A stretch of 64,000 nucleotides of DNA from the IMG/VR virus record IMGVR_UViG_3300042261_001430, positions 6,589 to 70,588 of that record. One strand, written 5' to 3'. This document shows positions 1 to 9,946 of the stretch, piece by piece. A program made the position numbers and the translations under genes. The DNA comes from a virus. The notes beneath the pieces are model-generated. The model saw only the letters and a program-made list of their open reading frames with translations, had not been told where the DNA came from and made no database searches. Numbering within the stretch: position 1 is the first letter of the stretch; each line of letters opens with the position of its first letter.

Positions 1-4
1 CATT

Positions 5-415
5 TTGGCCCTTGTGTTGAGCATGGGAGATGGTATGGGAGAAGTAAGCATGATTAGTAGTAATGGAAGCGCGGTAGACTCGATTGATATCGTAACGACA
101 TCGGCAGAAGCGGGGTTCAGAGTATCGTTAGTTGTATATGATACAATGGGGCACCCAATGGCTGATAATGGTACACTGAAAATCGAAGTATATGATGACC
201 AAGGAATGAACGATTTAGTTGGGACAGAAGAGCTAGAAATAAAGCAGTCCGCTTTCTTCTGGTCAAATGGGTGGTCGAAACTATGGGGCAGTCCAAGGAT
301 ATACTTTGATGAATACAAAGGTGGAGAACCAAGAGACTTGTATTGCCGTGCAACTTACACATCAAGCAATGGTAAAGTTGTAGAGCACGAGTTTACTCCT
401 TATATCAACAGATAA
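5..415 (+). CDS. hypothetical protein (possibly 5'-truncated, possibly exported)
   Basis: 136-aa ORF at the window edge with a hydrophobic start; converges on the 431..769 gene. Confidence 0.55.
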   Translation: MALVLSMGDGMGEVSMISSNGSAVDSIDIVTTSAEAGFRVSLVVYDTMGHPMADNGTLKIEVYDDQGMNDLVGTEELEIKQSAFFWSNGWSKLWGSPRIYFDEYKGGEPRDLYCRATYTSSNGKVVEHEFTPYINR

Positions 416-430
416 AAAATATATACTTTT

Positions 431-769
431 TTATAATTCTTCTATTTTTATACATAATGATTTCGATAGCCAATCTGCCACAATATGTCTATGGCAGAAG
501 TCTGGCAACTTTTCATGACACATCAGAATAGCATTCTCTCCCAGCTCATCATAGACTTTCGCGGGGTTTAAGTTGTCAAGGCATTCCTCGCGATACAATT
601 CAATGAAACCCTCTTTTGTAATTATCCCACCTTTATACTGAAATAGGATCTCTTTTGAAGGAGCGAGATCGCGATACACCTTTCCGCTATACCAAGCAGG
701 TGGGTATTGACATATTGCTACAAAAAGAGGATTATTTTTCCTCGTCTTGTTAAAATATGATGTAAACAT
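431..769 (-). CDS. DUF488-family protein
   Basis: LAPSKEIL...F..LY.E...L.CHEK..FCHRHIVADWL motif pattern typical of DUF488. Confidence 0.75.
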   Translation of the reverse strand: MFTSYFNKTRKNNPLFVAICQYPPAWYSGKVYRDLAPSKEILFQYKGGIITKEGFIELYREECLDNLNPAKVYDELGENAILMCHEKLPDFCHRHIVADWLSKSLCIKIEEL

Positions 770-771
770 GA

Positions 772-981
772 TTATAGCTCCATCAAATCATGCATCTTCT
801 CTCTTCTCTCCTTTTCCATGTGACAAGGCTTATTGCTTTCATAATGAAATATCTTCCAACAAAAGTAGAAAAGACTTTTTGCTTCTAGCCTACAGGCAGT
901 ATGAACCACGTTTCCTGATTGATGGATCATGAAAAATGGGCATGATATATCACACTTCAAAACTCGATTATCCTCTGACAT
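772..981 (-). CDS. hypothetical Cys-containing protein
   Basis: Abuts its neighbours in a 3-gene minus-strand operon. Confidence 0.5.
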   Translation of the reverse strand: MSEDNRVLKCDISCPFFMIHQSGNVVHTACRLEAKSLFYFCWKIFHYESNKPCHMEKERREKMHDLMEL

Positions 982-1242
982 CTAAATCCACTTCCAGCCA
1001 ATGTTAACAAGGGACTCAATTGTTTTGATCATATCATCTTGTTTTGGGAACTTTACGTATCCTGTAACACGTCCACTTACCGCAGTAACTATAATCGCGT
1101 TCGGAATATTTCGCACTTCTCTTATCGCGAGCATTATATCGCCCCGACAGCGTACTATTATTTTCATGCACGCATCTTCGATATATACCATTTTTTCCAT
1201 ATCATCAGATGATAACGTTTTTTTCTCCATGATTTTCACCAA
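982..1242 (-). CDS. hypothetical protein
   Basis: First gene of the minus-strand operon; stop abuts the next start. Confidence 0.55.
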   Translation of the reverse strand: MVKIMEKKTLSSDDMEKMVYIEDACMKIIVRCRGDIMLAIREVRNIPNAIIVTAVSGRVTGYVKFPKQDDMIKTIESLVNIGWKWI

Positions 1243-1486
1243 GTAGGAGTATTAGGCATCGTGATATATGAAGATTTTGGTCTTTCTAATCGAAAAGGTT
1301 ATATACTGTAGTTGCTATGTAGTTGCTACCCCCAAAAACAAAACTAGAGGGGCTAGGTCAATTCCTAGTTCCTCTTTTACAGTTATTCGATACCGGTTTT
1401 TTGTGGGTGTGATTATCATATCAAATATTGGATATATTGTCATTTATAGAAATGGATTTTAATAAATTCTATTGAATGATAGTGAT

Positions 1487-1503
1487 CCGAAATGTTTATA
1501 TAG
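1487..1503 (+). promoter_or_regulatory. archaeal BRE+TATA promoter
   Basis: CCGAAATG-TTTATATA; predicted start near G1525. Confidence 0.7.
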
Positions 1504-1699
1504 AAGGGCGATGTACTAGGATATGTCGCGAAGCAAACCATACAGGTTTCCGCTGTGTTCTTGTTTTAAAAGATTAGCAACGAACTCTTTTTTAACACGG
1601 CTTCGCGACGCTTCCTCTGCATTGCGGTTTTGAGATAGCATCTTTGCTATTTGAAAATAACGCGATAGAGAGAAAAATTAAAAAGTTGGAGAATAAAAT

Positions 1700-2473
1700 A
1701 TGGCAACAATCGATGGATTTAACACCAAAATGGTATTTGGTGCAGCAAAACTTGTAGACGGTAGACAGTACAAAGTAGTTCTTGAGGATCTCAAGATTAA
1801 GACAAAGATCGTTTCTTATCGAAAGGAATGGGAAGGTAAGAAGGGATTGTCTGGTGTTGAATATGACAAGTTGACACCGGAGAATAAGGAAATCGTAGAC
1901 AATGCCCCAATCGAGTATTGGGAACCAAAGGACGGCAAAGAGGCTCAGCCAAAAGCGAAGTTCGAGGATCGTATAACATTCCAATTTAGAGAACCGGAAG
2001 AGGATGAAAAGCGTATTTACCTTCAATTCAAAATGAAGGAGGGCGGCTGGCCTACGCAAAAGCTCAGAGAGTTCGTTACAAAGGCAACTGCTATGCAGAT
2101 TGATGGTAGCGAGGGTTTCATGTGGGGCGACATCTTCAAGAAGGGAGATGAATTTGTTGGTATTGTTAAGGCCAATGGAAACATGTACACACTTGAACCA
2201 GATAGTGTTGTAAAGGCAGAGTTAGCACCGCCTATCGTCAAGGGTGATATCACAACTTTGTCTGAGAATGCCCAGAAGCTGTATGCTTTCATCAAGGACA
2301 ATCTAAATGGCTCACCAAGAAGTGAGATTGCCAAGAGCCTGAAGACCGGTGCAAACGGTACAATTGGCCCTGAAAACGATGAAAAGGCAAGGTACAATGC
2401 CACCTTTGCCGCATGGACAGAGATTCGCAGATCAGGCATCATCCCAGATGGCGAAATAATTAAGATTGAGTAG
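1700..2473 (+). CDS. hypothetical protein, candidate ssDNA-binding/recombination protein
   Basis: 257 aa, beta-rich N-terminal half; GGAG RBS; sits before an ATPase and an ERCC4 nuclease. Function inferred from context only. Confidence 0.4.
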   Translation: MATIDGFNTKMVFGAAKLVDGRQYKVVLEDLKIKTKIVSYRKEWEGKKGLSGVEYDKLTPENKEIVDNAPIEYWEPKDGKEAQPKAKFEDRITFQFREPEEDEKRIYLQFKMKEGGWPTQKLREFVTKATAMQIDGSEGFMWGDIFKKGDEFVGIVKANGNMYTLEPDSVVKAELAPPIVKGDITTLSENAQKLYAFIKDNLNGSPRSEIAKSLKTGANGTIGPENDEKARYNATFAAWTEIRRSGIIPDGEIIKIE

Positions 2474-2545
2474 AAACCGTTCAAACAAGTTGTGGATGTG
2501 GGTTGATTACCCACGCCACTCCAACATCATATTAAATGTGATGTT

Positions 2546-2710
2546 ATGACAGCCGATATATTAATACCATGTAATGCAACTGAGTTTAACTACATAAAAC
2601 GATTTTTGTGCCCGAATGGTGAAAAGGTTTCAGATGTTATCAAGAAATTAGTAATGGATGAGTGCAAAAATCGTCAGTTGTTTGAAGACTTAGTACCTAA
2701 AATCAAATAA
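2546..2710 (+). CDS. small protein, possible ribbon-helix-helix regulator
   Basis: 54-aa ORF not in the track (MTADILIPCN...KVSDVIKKLVMDE), with a strand-helix-helix pattern. Confidence 0.4.
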   Translation: MTADILIPCNATEFNYIKRFLCPNGEKVSDVIKKLVMDECKNRQLFEDLVPKIK

Positions 2711-2729
2711 TATTTTTTGTGGTGTTATA

Positions 2730-3554
2730 ATGACATTAGACAATATTAGTAATAAAATAAGTGGTGAAATGGTTGGGTTGCCTGCGTGCGAAGTAGTATA
2801 CCCGTTATTGATTTCACTTCATGGAGAAACAAAACGAGGCAAAACTTTCTTTGCATCATCGTTTCCCAATGCGTTTCTGATTGATTTCCCTCCAATAAAA
2901 ATGAAGTTTGGGAAGGTAGAAATTGACAAAGCAGCATTAACGCGAACAGTTGGCGAAGGATTTAGAAGTCTTTTCATGCCCATTGTAGAGAATGGAGAAA
3001 TATCTTGGATTCCAAAGATAGGTGGATTTAATTACCAGATTCAGTACAACTTTGTAAAGTCTTGGGATATGTTCCAAGAGACGGTTGAGAAGGCTAAGAT
3101 GTTTGCCGAATCACTTGACCCAAAAGATGGTAGAGTTTGGGTTGTAATTGATGACACTTATAGATGGAGAGGGCTTGAAGTTCTAAATTGGCAAGCAAAA
3201 AACAATAACAAATGGCCCGCTGCTCAGCAATTTGGACAAATCACTCAATTCATGCAAGGGGAACTCACAGCCATTCAAGAATTTGCCAATGTGGTGCTTG
3301 TAAATCGTATGGTAAAGAATTTCGAAACTGGAGAATATGGTGCTCAAATTTATCCTACAGGCTCTGATTATTTGGCAGATGCATCATTAGAAATAACCGA
3401 GGAAGTTAGGGACAATAAGCTGGTCCAATTGGTTAAAGTATGTTCAAATGGCCATGATAAGTCTTGGATAAGTCAGGATTATTGCTACGAGGTTTTAAAT
3501 CCGACACCAACGACAGTGTTAGAGAAGTTGAAAATTCCAAAGGTGTTGTGGTAA
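2730..3554 (+). CDS. P-loop ATPase, AAA_24/Sak4-like recombination protein
   Basis: Walker A GETKRGKT, Walker B WVVIDD. Confidence 0.65.
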   Translation: MTLDNISNKISGEMVGLPACEVVYPLLISLHGETKRGKTFFASSFPNAFLIDFPPIKMKFGKVEIDKAALTRTVGEGFRSLFMPIVENGEISWIPKIGGFNYQIQYNFVKSWDMFQETVEKAKMFAESLDPKDGRVWVVIDDTYRWRGLEVLNWQAKNNNKWPAAQQFGQITQFMQGELTAIQEFANVVLVNRMVKNFETGEYGAQIYPTGSDYLADASLEITEEVRDNKLVQLVKVCSNGHDKSWISQDYCYEVLNPTPTTVLEKLKIPKVLW

Positions 3555-3556
3555 AA

Positions 3557-4141
3557 ATGTCCATTAATTCTACGTATTATAAATGCCCGTGTTGTGAAAA
3601 TGTTCTTTGTTCATATGACGATAGTGGGTATGGAATTGTAATAAAAAAGCCCAAATTCAAGTGTAATGAATGTGGATTTGAATCTGATTACGTTTCTGCA
3701 AAAATTGATCGGGTAGTCGCTATAAGCATCCGCGATTTGATAGTAGAAGAACTGAAGATGTATTCTGGTATAGTCGAGATTGGAGACCTTACTAGAAACG
3801 TTGCCAAGAATCTTGAATATCCTGGCAGCATATCAGTTGATTATGAATCAAAGCTATTCGATGGTGTGTTGAAGACAATGATTGACATTACAAAAAACGT
3901 CTCTTTGATAAAGACACACGAAGGGAAAACGTGGGTTGTTTTAACCAAAGATATCAAGAAAGAAAAATTATCAAAATTTCTTGAGGTAACCATTGAATTC
4001 GATACCGATTTGGAAGAGTCTTGCATGTCCTCTGGTTATCATATTCCCATAGAATTAACGAAAGAAGAACAAGATGAACTTCGAAATGATATTTTCAATT
4101 ATGCAGCGCAAAGGGCAGAACAGGTGTCACGTAAGAAATGA
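3557..4141 (+). CDS. Zn-ribbon hypothetical protein
   Basis: CPCC...CNECG; likely start is MSINST after the upstream stop. Confidence 0.55.
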   Translation: MSINSTYYKCPCCENVLCSYDDSGYGIVIKKPKFKCNECGFESDYVSAKIDRVVAISIRDLIVEELKMYSGIVEIGDLTRNVAKNLEYPGSISVDYESKLFDGVLKTMIDITKNVSLIKTHEGKTWVVLTKDIKKEKLSKFLEVTIEFDTDLEESCMSSGYHIPIELTKEEQDELRNDIFNYAAQRAEQVSRKK

Positions 4142-4764
4142 GTATTGTATGTGACACGCGGGAAAAGAATATTGAGAGAATCCAAACTCTCATTTTAGAT
4201 TTGCCCGATGTGTATTTAGATAGGTGTCCTCAATTTGAGTTCAAGTGTCTTGGGCTCAACTTGGGGGACTATTTAATTGAGAATGAAGGATCTCAAATTT
4301 GTATCGAGCGGAAATCAATTGGCGATTTTGCTGCAACCTACACGAATTTAAAAGACCGGCTTCATAAAATGCGAATGGAATATGATAGGGTTGGTCTTTT
4401 GTTGGAGGGAACCTATAAGGTTATAAATGGACAAGTTTATCTATTGGAAGGTAGTGATTTTGTGCCAAGAATGAAGTATTCCACATATTCAAATTTCTTG
4501 ACACATCAAGCAGAACTTGGGACTCACATCTATTATACCATGAACTTTGATGAGTCTTTTTATCGACTAATCGAGATTCACGACTATCTTCCAAAGTTAG
4601 AGACACCAACAACACTAAAATGTAAATCACCTTTGGAATGGCTTATGATGCTTCCTGGTATTGGAAAAGTTGCAATCCAAAAAATGAAAGCTGATTATGC
4701 TAGTCCTTTGGAGGCAATAAATAACTTACCCAAAAAAGCAAAAGAAATGATTTCGAAATGGTGA
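4138..4764 (+). CDS. ERCC4/XPF-family nuclease
   Basis: DTRE, GDY, IERKS motifs and a C-terminal HhH (LPGIGK). Confidence 0.85.
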   Translation: MSIVCDTREKNIERIQTLILDLPDVYLDRCPQFEFKCLGLNLGDYLIENEGSQICIERKSIGDFAATYTNLKDRLHKMRMEYDRVGLLLEGTYKVINGQVYLLEGSDFVPRMKYSTYSNFLTHQAELGTHIYYTMNFDESFYRLIEIHDYLPKLETPTTLKCKSPLEWLMMLPGIGKVAIQKMKADYASPLEAINNLPKKAKEMISKW

Positions 4765-4770
4765 GATAAT

Positions 4771-4971
4771 ATGGAAGACACGGAATATTTGAAGGGTGAT
4801 ACTGTGATTATGAACGGTATCAGTGGAACGGTTACGGGTCACGGCGAGTTCGGAGGACTTTGGATTCGTCTCGGAGAAAGCCATTATTCCCAATTGCATA
4901 GAGATGGATATGATTTTGTATGTCACGCTCCACCGCCTATTAAACCATGTGGGTGCGGTGGCTGTGATTGA
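4771..4971 (+). CDS. hypothetical protein
   Basis: GGTGA RBS; C-terminal CGCGGC. Confidence 0.5.
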   Translation: MEDTEYLKGDTVIMNGISGTVTGHGEFGGLWIRLGESHYSQLHRDGYDFVCHAPPPIKPCGCGGCD

Positions 4972-4974
4972 ACC

Positions 4975-5069
4975 GGTAAAGTCGGGACTACAGGTAATAT
5001 ATTCTCGACCAGTTTAGGGGAGGGAGGAAGAGGAATTTTTGCCTTCACTTGGGGAAGGGCAAAAATTCG
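4975..5069. repeat. dispersed ~95-bp intergenic element, copy 1
   Basis: ACTACAGG...GTTTAGGGGAGGGAGG...GAATTTTTGCCTTC...GGGCAAAAATTCG; second copy at 49093-49186. Confidence 0.7.
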
Positions 5070-5082
5070 GATTTCCGACATT

Positions 5083-5313
5083 ATGGAAATAGTAAAAGAT
5101 GAAAAACTATCAGAATGGGACGAAAAATCTGGATTAATGATGCATGGGTGCGGATCGCTTGCTTATATGGATATGATGATGGAGGACCATCTAGTTACCC
5201 TCAGCAATGGGGCGCATGTTCATGTTGGAATGCTACCAAATCAGAGTCCAACGATGGATGATGTTATAGCTCAGCTTATTAAAAGAGGAGAATATATAAC
5301 ATATGATAGATGA
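5083..5313 (+). CDS. hypothetical protein
   Basis: 76-aa ORF in operon orientation. Confidence 0.45.
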   Translation: MEIVKDEKLSEWDEKSGLMMHGCGSLAYMDMMMEDHLVTLSNGAHVHVGMLPNQSPTMDDVIAQLIKRGEYITYDR

Positions 5314-5462
5314 TGAAACGTGGACATGCACGATCGAGCTTATTCTCGGATATTTATATCTTAGGTTTTATGGATAGTGATAAATATGGGTTTTAATATA
5401 TTGATTGATATGATCGTTATGGTTGTGTTATTGGTCTTTTTATATCTCGCGTTTGGCGGTGA

Positions 5463-6134
5463 GTGTCAATGATTGGTAAATTTAATATAACATTTGTTGA
5501 TATAGATCCTAAAGTCCATATGGCATTTGATGATATGTTTCAGGAGTATCCAAACATAAACGCGGAGCTTATCAATGATTTTAGTGACATAGAGACACCT
5601 TTTGATGTTATAATAACTGCCGGAAATTCTTATGGTATGATGGATGGTGGGTTTGACGATGCTGTGCGAAGGTATTTCGCGCAAAACGATGATGGGACAT
5701 ATGTTATAGAGAGAGCTGTGCAGAGTCATATTCAAGAAGAATATAATGGTTTTTTGCCAGTTGGATCAGCCACAGTAGTTGGATATAGAGATGATACGGT
5801 TGGAGAGAAATATGTTTGTTATGCCCCTACTATGGAGGTGCCTAAGATAGTACCCCCTAGAAATGCGTATAATGCCTTTTACGGTGCTTTAACCGCACTT
5901 TCGCAGTGGTGGTGGGGATGGGGCGAAACATCCGATATAAACGCTATATGCTCAGCATTTTGTACCCATACGGGCAAGGTAGATCCAATGGTTTCTGCCA
6001 GACAAATGAAACTTGCATATGATCACTTTATGAAGCCATTGAATCCTTATGGATGGACGGGTATTGTTCGACGCGAATTTGAAATAAACGCTGTCAATAG
6101 CTCTAGTTTGGTATTGGAAAGGTTCCGAGAATAG
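5463..6134 (+). CDS. macrodomain protein (ADP-ribose binding/hydrolase)
   Basis: DVIITAGNSYGMMDGGFDDAV and YAPTM motifs of phage-type macrodomains. Confidence 0.85.
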   Translation: MSMIGKFNITFVDIDPKVHMAFDDMFQEYPNINAELINDFSDIETPFDVIITAGNSYGMMDGGFDDAVRRYFAQNDDGTYVIERAVQSHIQEEYNGFLPVGSATVVGYRDDTVGEKYVCYAPTMEVPKIVPPRNAYNAFYGALTALSQWWWGWGETSDINAICSAFCTHTGKVDPMVSARQMKLAYDHFMKPLNPYGWTGIVRREFEINAVNSSSLVLERFRE

Positions 6135-6257
6135 AGACCATCGATAGGTTTAAATACTTTCGAGTTTTACGTTTATCCTATCTTGCTATGTCGAGGACAT
6201 ATGCCTTCTTTTAGTGGAAATTATAGCCACTGATATATAAAAATAAGAGTGGATGCT

Positions 6258-6680
6258 ATGCTATTTAGATGTGCCGGAATTACCGATTCTATGATTGATG
6301 TACCTGGGAAAATAGCCCTCGCGGTTTTCTTTCAAGGATGTTCGTTTGGTTGTGATGAGTGTCAAAATCCTGAACTACAAGACTTCAATGGTGGGTTTAG
6401 TAAGGATACAAACGATATAATAGATTTAATGGAGAGTCATGGTGATTTTTATGAGGCCCTATGCTTAACAGGTGGAGATCCACTTTTTCAAAAAGATGCG
6501 GTTAGAGATTTAGTCGGGAAGTCAAAATTTTATAATGTGTTATATACAGGGCATTATTATAATGATATACCATATGATATCATATCGCTATTTGATATGG
6601 TTGTGGATGGCCCTTATGTCAAAGAATTAAGGTCAGGTGGCTTTCCAGCATCGTCTAATCAGAAAATATACTATAGGTGA
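6258..6680 (+). CDS. nrdG: anaerobic ribonucleotide reductase activase (radical SAM)
   Basis: GCSFGCDECQNP, LTGGDP, VDGPY...SSNQ; two genes upstream of nrdD. Confidence 0.9.
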   Translation: MLFRCAGITDSMIDVPGKIALAVFFQGCSFGCDECQNPELQDFNGGFSKDTNDIIDLMESHGDFYEALCLTGGDPLFQKDAVRDLVGKSKFYNVLYTGHYYNDIPYDIISLFDMVVDGPYVKELRSGGFPASSNQKIYYR

Positions 6681-6687
6681 ATAAAAA

Positions 6688-7215
6688 ATGCTACTGACAG
6701 GAAAACAAATTATAGAAGATAAAATAGTTTCGGATTGTATTGACAATGATAAGCAAGAGCAGATGAGTGGTGTCGATCTCACTGTAAATAAAATAGAAAA
6801 GTTTATTGGTCCTGGAACTATTGATTTTGATAACGCTGCTCGTATGTTGCCAACGACCGAGCTTGTGACTGATTTTAGTGCAGATCCAAGCAAGCTTTTA
6901 TCGGAAGGAAATTATTTAATTACATTTAATGAAACAGTGAGCATTCCGGATGATTGTATGGGATTCGCGGTGCCTAGATCAACGCTTTTGAGAATGGGTG
7001 CAACGATGGAAACCGCGTTCTGGGATGCTGGTTATACTGGAAAATCAAAGGCATTATTAGTTGTTTATAATACTCATGGAATATTAGTACATGAGAATGC
7101 AAAGTTAGCACAAATCGCCTTTATTAAGATTGGCAAAAAGGCTGAAAAGCTTTACAGGGGTGCCTACCAAAATGAAGGGGAATTATTGTCAAAAGCCATT
7201 TTTAGAAAGGACTGA
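6688..7215 (+). CDS. dut: archaeal-type dUTPase/dCTP deaminase family
   Basis: GVDLTV, PRSTLLRMG, WDAGYTGKS, AQIAF, YRGAYQNE. Confidence 0.85.
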   Translation: MLLTGKQIIEDKIVSDCIDNDKQEQMSGVDLTVNKIEKFIGPGTIDFDNAARMLPTTELVTDFSADPSKLLSEGNYLITFNETVSIPDDCMGFAVPRSTLLRMGATMETAFWDAGYTGKSKALLVVYNTHGILVHENAKLAQIAFIKIGKKAEKLYRGAYQNEGELLSKAIFRKD

Positions 7216-7224
7216 GGAGATGGT

Positions 7225-9120
7225 TTGGTGCGCGTTGAAAATACATTTTCTGAGCCTTTTGATGATTGGTATAACAATTTAAATCAGAGTGAAAAAACTA
7301 GAAGCCTTCTTGATATAGAAGGCATCTCCCGAAGATGTCTTGATGTCGGTGATATGTCCCATGCTTACTTTACTAAACGGTTCACTGATGTGACTATTGA
7401 CAGCAATGCAAATTCTGGAGAAGAAATCAGTCCAAATAATTATGGAGCTGAGATAGTAAAAGGCATTCAGAAGTTGGAAGGGTTTTATTTGCTTCATCGA
7501 TATGCAACAAAAAGATTCGGTGAAGACAAGGCAGCAAACCTATTAAATTCTATTGTTAAAGGTGATATTTACTTCCATGACTCTTCAGGTGTTGGCATCC
7601 AAGAAGTTTATTGTACAAGTGTTAGTACGATGCCAATTATGACAGAAGGCCGTCCGTATGGCCCACTTCATAGCTTGCCACCAAAAAGAGCTGATAGTTT
7701 TATGGCACAGTGCATAGAATTTTGCATGGATCTTTCGCAACAGTTCGCGGGTGCCGTGGCTCTTGCTGACTTGTTTATAAATTATGCGTGGTATGCCAAA
7801 AATGAGGGGCTTTCTGATAGCGTTATTATAAATGACTGCCAAAAATTTGTTCATGTGACTAATAATACTTTTAGGGTTGGATCTCAGTCACCCTTCTCGA
7901 ATCTGAGTATTTTTGATATGCCCAATTTGAAAAAGGTATTTGAACATCATGTATATCCGGATGGCACGCATGTAGACTTTGAATATGTGATGCACATACA
8001 GAAATTATTTGCAGAATGGTTTGCAAAAGGAGATCCTAGCAGCGGCTTGCCATACCGGTTTCCAGTTGTAACAATGAATATATATTGTGATGAAAATAAA
8101 AACATTGTTGATAAGGAGTTCCTAGATTTTGTTGCAAAAGTGAATACTGAAAAGGGATGCTTCAATATTTATGTTAATAGCGGTGAAAAGATTGCTAGCT
8201 GTTGTCGATTGGTAAACGATCGCGAGAGAATGCAATTTAAGGTTGATACATTTGGAAATGGCGGTATGAATCTTGGATCGCATAGAGTCGTAACAATAAA
8301 TCTACCAAGGATAGCAATCAGGGCTAATGGTGATAAGGAGAAATTCACGAAACTATTACAAGAACGTCTTGAAGATGTTCGCGATTTGCTTTTGATTCAT
8401 AGAGAGAATATTGTAAAAAAGAGAATCGAGTCAGGGTTTTTGAAGTTCTTTAATCCGCTGAAGTGGCTTAATTTAAATCGGTATTTTTCAACCATTGGAA
8501 TAATTGGAATACATGAGATGAATTATTTCATGGGATTCGATATTAGATCAGAAGAAGGAACGAAATTTACTGTAGACACGTTAAATTACATCGAGGACTT
8601 TGCGAAAAAGACCAGTGTTGAAAACAAATATTCTTATAATGTAGAAGAGATACCTGGTGAAAGTGTAGCATCAAAGCTTTGTCAGAAAGATAAGGTTGTT
8701 TTTGGTGATGATGCAGTACCCTTTGAGTTGTATTCGAATCAATATATCCCATTAACTGAGGATGTTCCATTGCCAGAAAGGATCATAACTACTGGAAAAT
8801 TCATGGAAATACTTAGTGGTGGAGGCATCTTACATCTAAATGTAAAAGAAAGGATCACCGATTTTGAAGTAATGAAAAAGTTGATATTGTACTCGGTTAA
8901 GAATGGTGTCAGTCATCTTGCTGTGAACTATGGATTTGGCACATGCGCAGATGGACATACTAGCGTGTGCGGGAATTCGAATATTTGTCCAATATGCAGC
9001 AAGCCAATAGTTGATTTTGTTACAAGGGTGATTGGGTATTTCAGTCATGTTTCAAATTGGGGAAAGACAAGAAGGGAGTACGAATTTCCAAGAAGGATTT
9101 TCAATGGGGAAGAGGTTTAA
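7225..9120 (+). CDS. nrdD: class III (anaerobic) ribonucleoside-triphosphate reductase
   Basis: IYFHD, FPVVT, SCCRL, VVTINLPR, EEIPGES, C-terminal CxxxH/CPIC and glycyl-radical TRVIGYF; no ATP cone. Confidence 0.95.
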   Translation: MVRVENTFSEPFDDWYNNLNQSEKTRSLLDIEGISRRCLDVGDMSHAYFTKRFTDVTIDSNANSGEEISPNNYGAEIVKGIQKLEGFYLLHRYATKRFGEDKAANLLNSIVKGDIYFHDSSGVGIQEVYCTSVSTMPIMTEGRPYGPLHSLPPKRADSFMAQCIEFCMDLSQQFAGAVALADLFINYAWYAKNEGLSDSVIINDCQKFVHVTNNTFRVGSQSPFSNLSIFDMPNLKKVFEHHVYPDGTHVDFEYVMHIQKLFAEWFAKGDPSSGLPYRFPVVTMNIYCDENKNIVDKEFLDFVAKVNTEKGCFNIYVNSGEKIASCCRLVNDRERMQFKVDTFGNGGMNLGSHRVVTINLPRIAIRANGDKEKFTKLLQERLEDVRDLLLIHRENIVKKRIESGFLKFFNPLKWLNLNRYFSTIGIIGIHEMNYFMGFDIRSEEGTKFTVDTLNYIEDFAKKTSVENKYSYNVEEIPGESVASKLCQKDKVVFGDDAVPFELYSNQYIPLTEDVPLPERIITTGKFMEILSGGGILHLNVKERITDFEVMKKLILYSVKNGVSHLAVNYGFGTCADGHTSVCGNSNICPICSKPIVDFVTRVIGYFSHVSNWGKTRREYEFPRRIFNGEEV

Positions 9121-9148
9121 CTCTACCTTATTTTTTTGGTGATTTGCT

Positions 9149-9412
9149 ATGATTAGAAGACCAAATTATGACCATATCAAGGAAATGGAAAGTGCTATTC
9201 GAATCCATGAAATTAACATGAGAGCAGGGAAAGAAAAGGGGTCTATTAAAGCTAGCCCGCGTACAGGAACAGTAACAATTAGCAAATGCTGTGGATATAA
9301 CACGGGATATCTTGAATATACATTTTGCCCCAGTGATCACTTTGCATGGTATAATGAGTATGGTGTAGGATCAGCGAAACCTATAAATAGGGTAAGGGGA
9401 GAAAAGCTTTAA
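9149..9412 (+). CDS. hypothetical protein with N-terminal P[ND]Y..I..[LM]E motif
   Basis: MIRRPNYDHIKEMES; GGTGA RBS. Confidence 0.6.
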   Translation: MIRRPNYDHIKEMESAIRIHEINMRAGKEKGSIKASPRTGTVTISKCCGYNTGYLEYTFCPSDHFAWYNEYGVGSAKPINRVRGEKL

Positions 9413-9425
9413 AGTCGGTGTTTTT

Positions 9426-9689
9426 ATGATTTCGGCAGACAAAATTTCAGACAGTGGATTCACATTCATTTGTGATAATCAGCGACCGTTTAATGGAATG
9501 CTACCAATTACTCAGGAAGAGGCCGATTTGCTGATGGCAGAACTCCAGTTGGTATTGGAAAGATGGGGATTTGACATTGCTATGGTCGGGGAAAACGTCG
9601 AGGTCATGCGATTACAAGGGCGCATGATGTTTAATAAATTTTACAAAATGATGGACGAAATGTTTGTTAATCAGAGCGGTGAACAATGA
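9426..9689 (+). CDS. hypothetical protein
   Basis: Stop overlaps the next start. Confidence 0.5.
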   Translation: MISADKISDSGFTFICDNQRPFNGMLPITQEEADLLMAELQLVLERWGFDIAMVGENVEVMRLQGRMMFNKFYKMMDEMFVNQSGEQ

Positions 9690-9946
9690 TGATAAATAAA
9701 GAGGATATTCAAGATGAAAAACTCTTGAAAGATACAATGAATTGGTTTGATAATCACGATTCTATTGAGAACATCAGATGTGCTCATTGTGGAAGCGATG
9801 ATGTTTTTGGAAGAAGTGAATCCAGTTATCATAATCATGGTATTCATGGAATGCATTTAGATGAGATCTATGAATGCGGGACTTGTGGAAAATATACTAA
9901 AACTGTTTGGAAATTAGCTAAGGTGGTTGCTCTCAATGAAGGATAA
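9686..9946 (+). CDS. Zn-ribbon hypothetical protein
   Basis: CAHCGS...CGTCGK. Confidence 0.55.
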   Translation: MMINKEDIQDEKLLKDTMNWFDNHDSIENIRCAHCGSDDVFGRSESSYHNHGIHGMHLDEIYECGTCGKYTKTVWKLAKVVALNEG

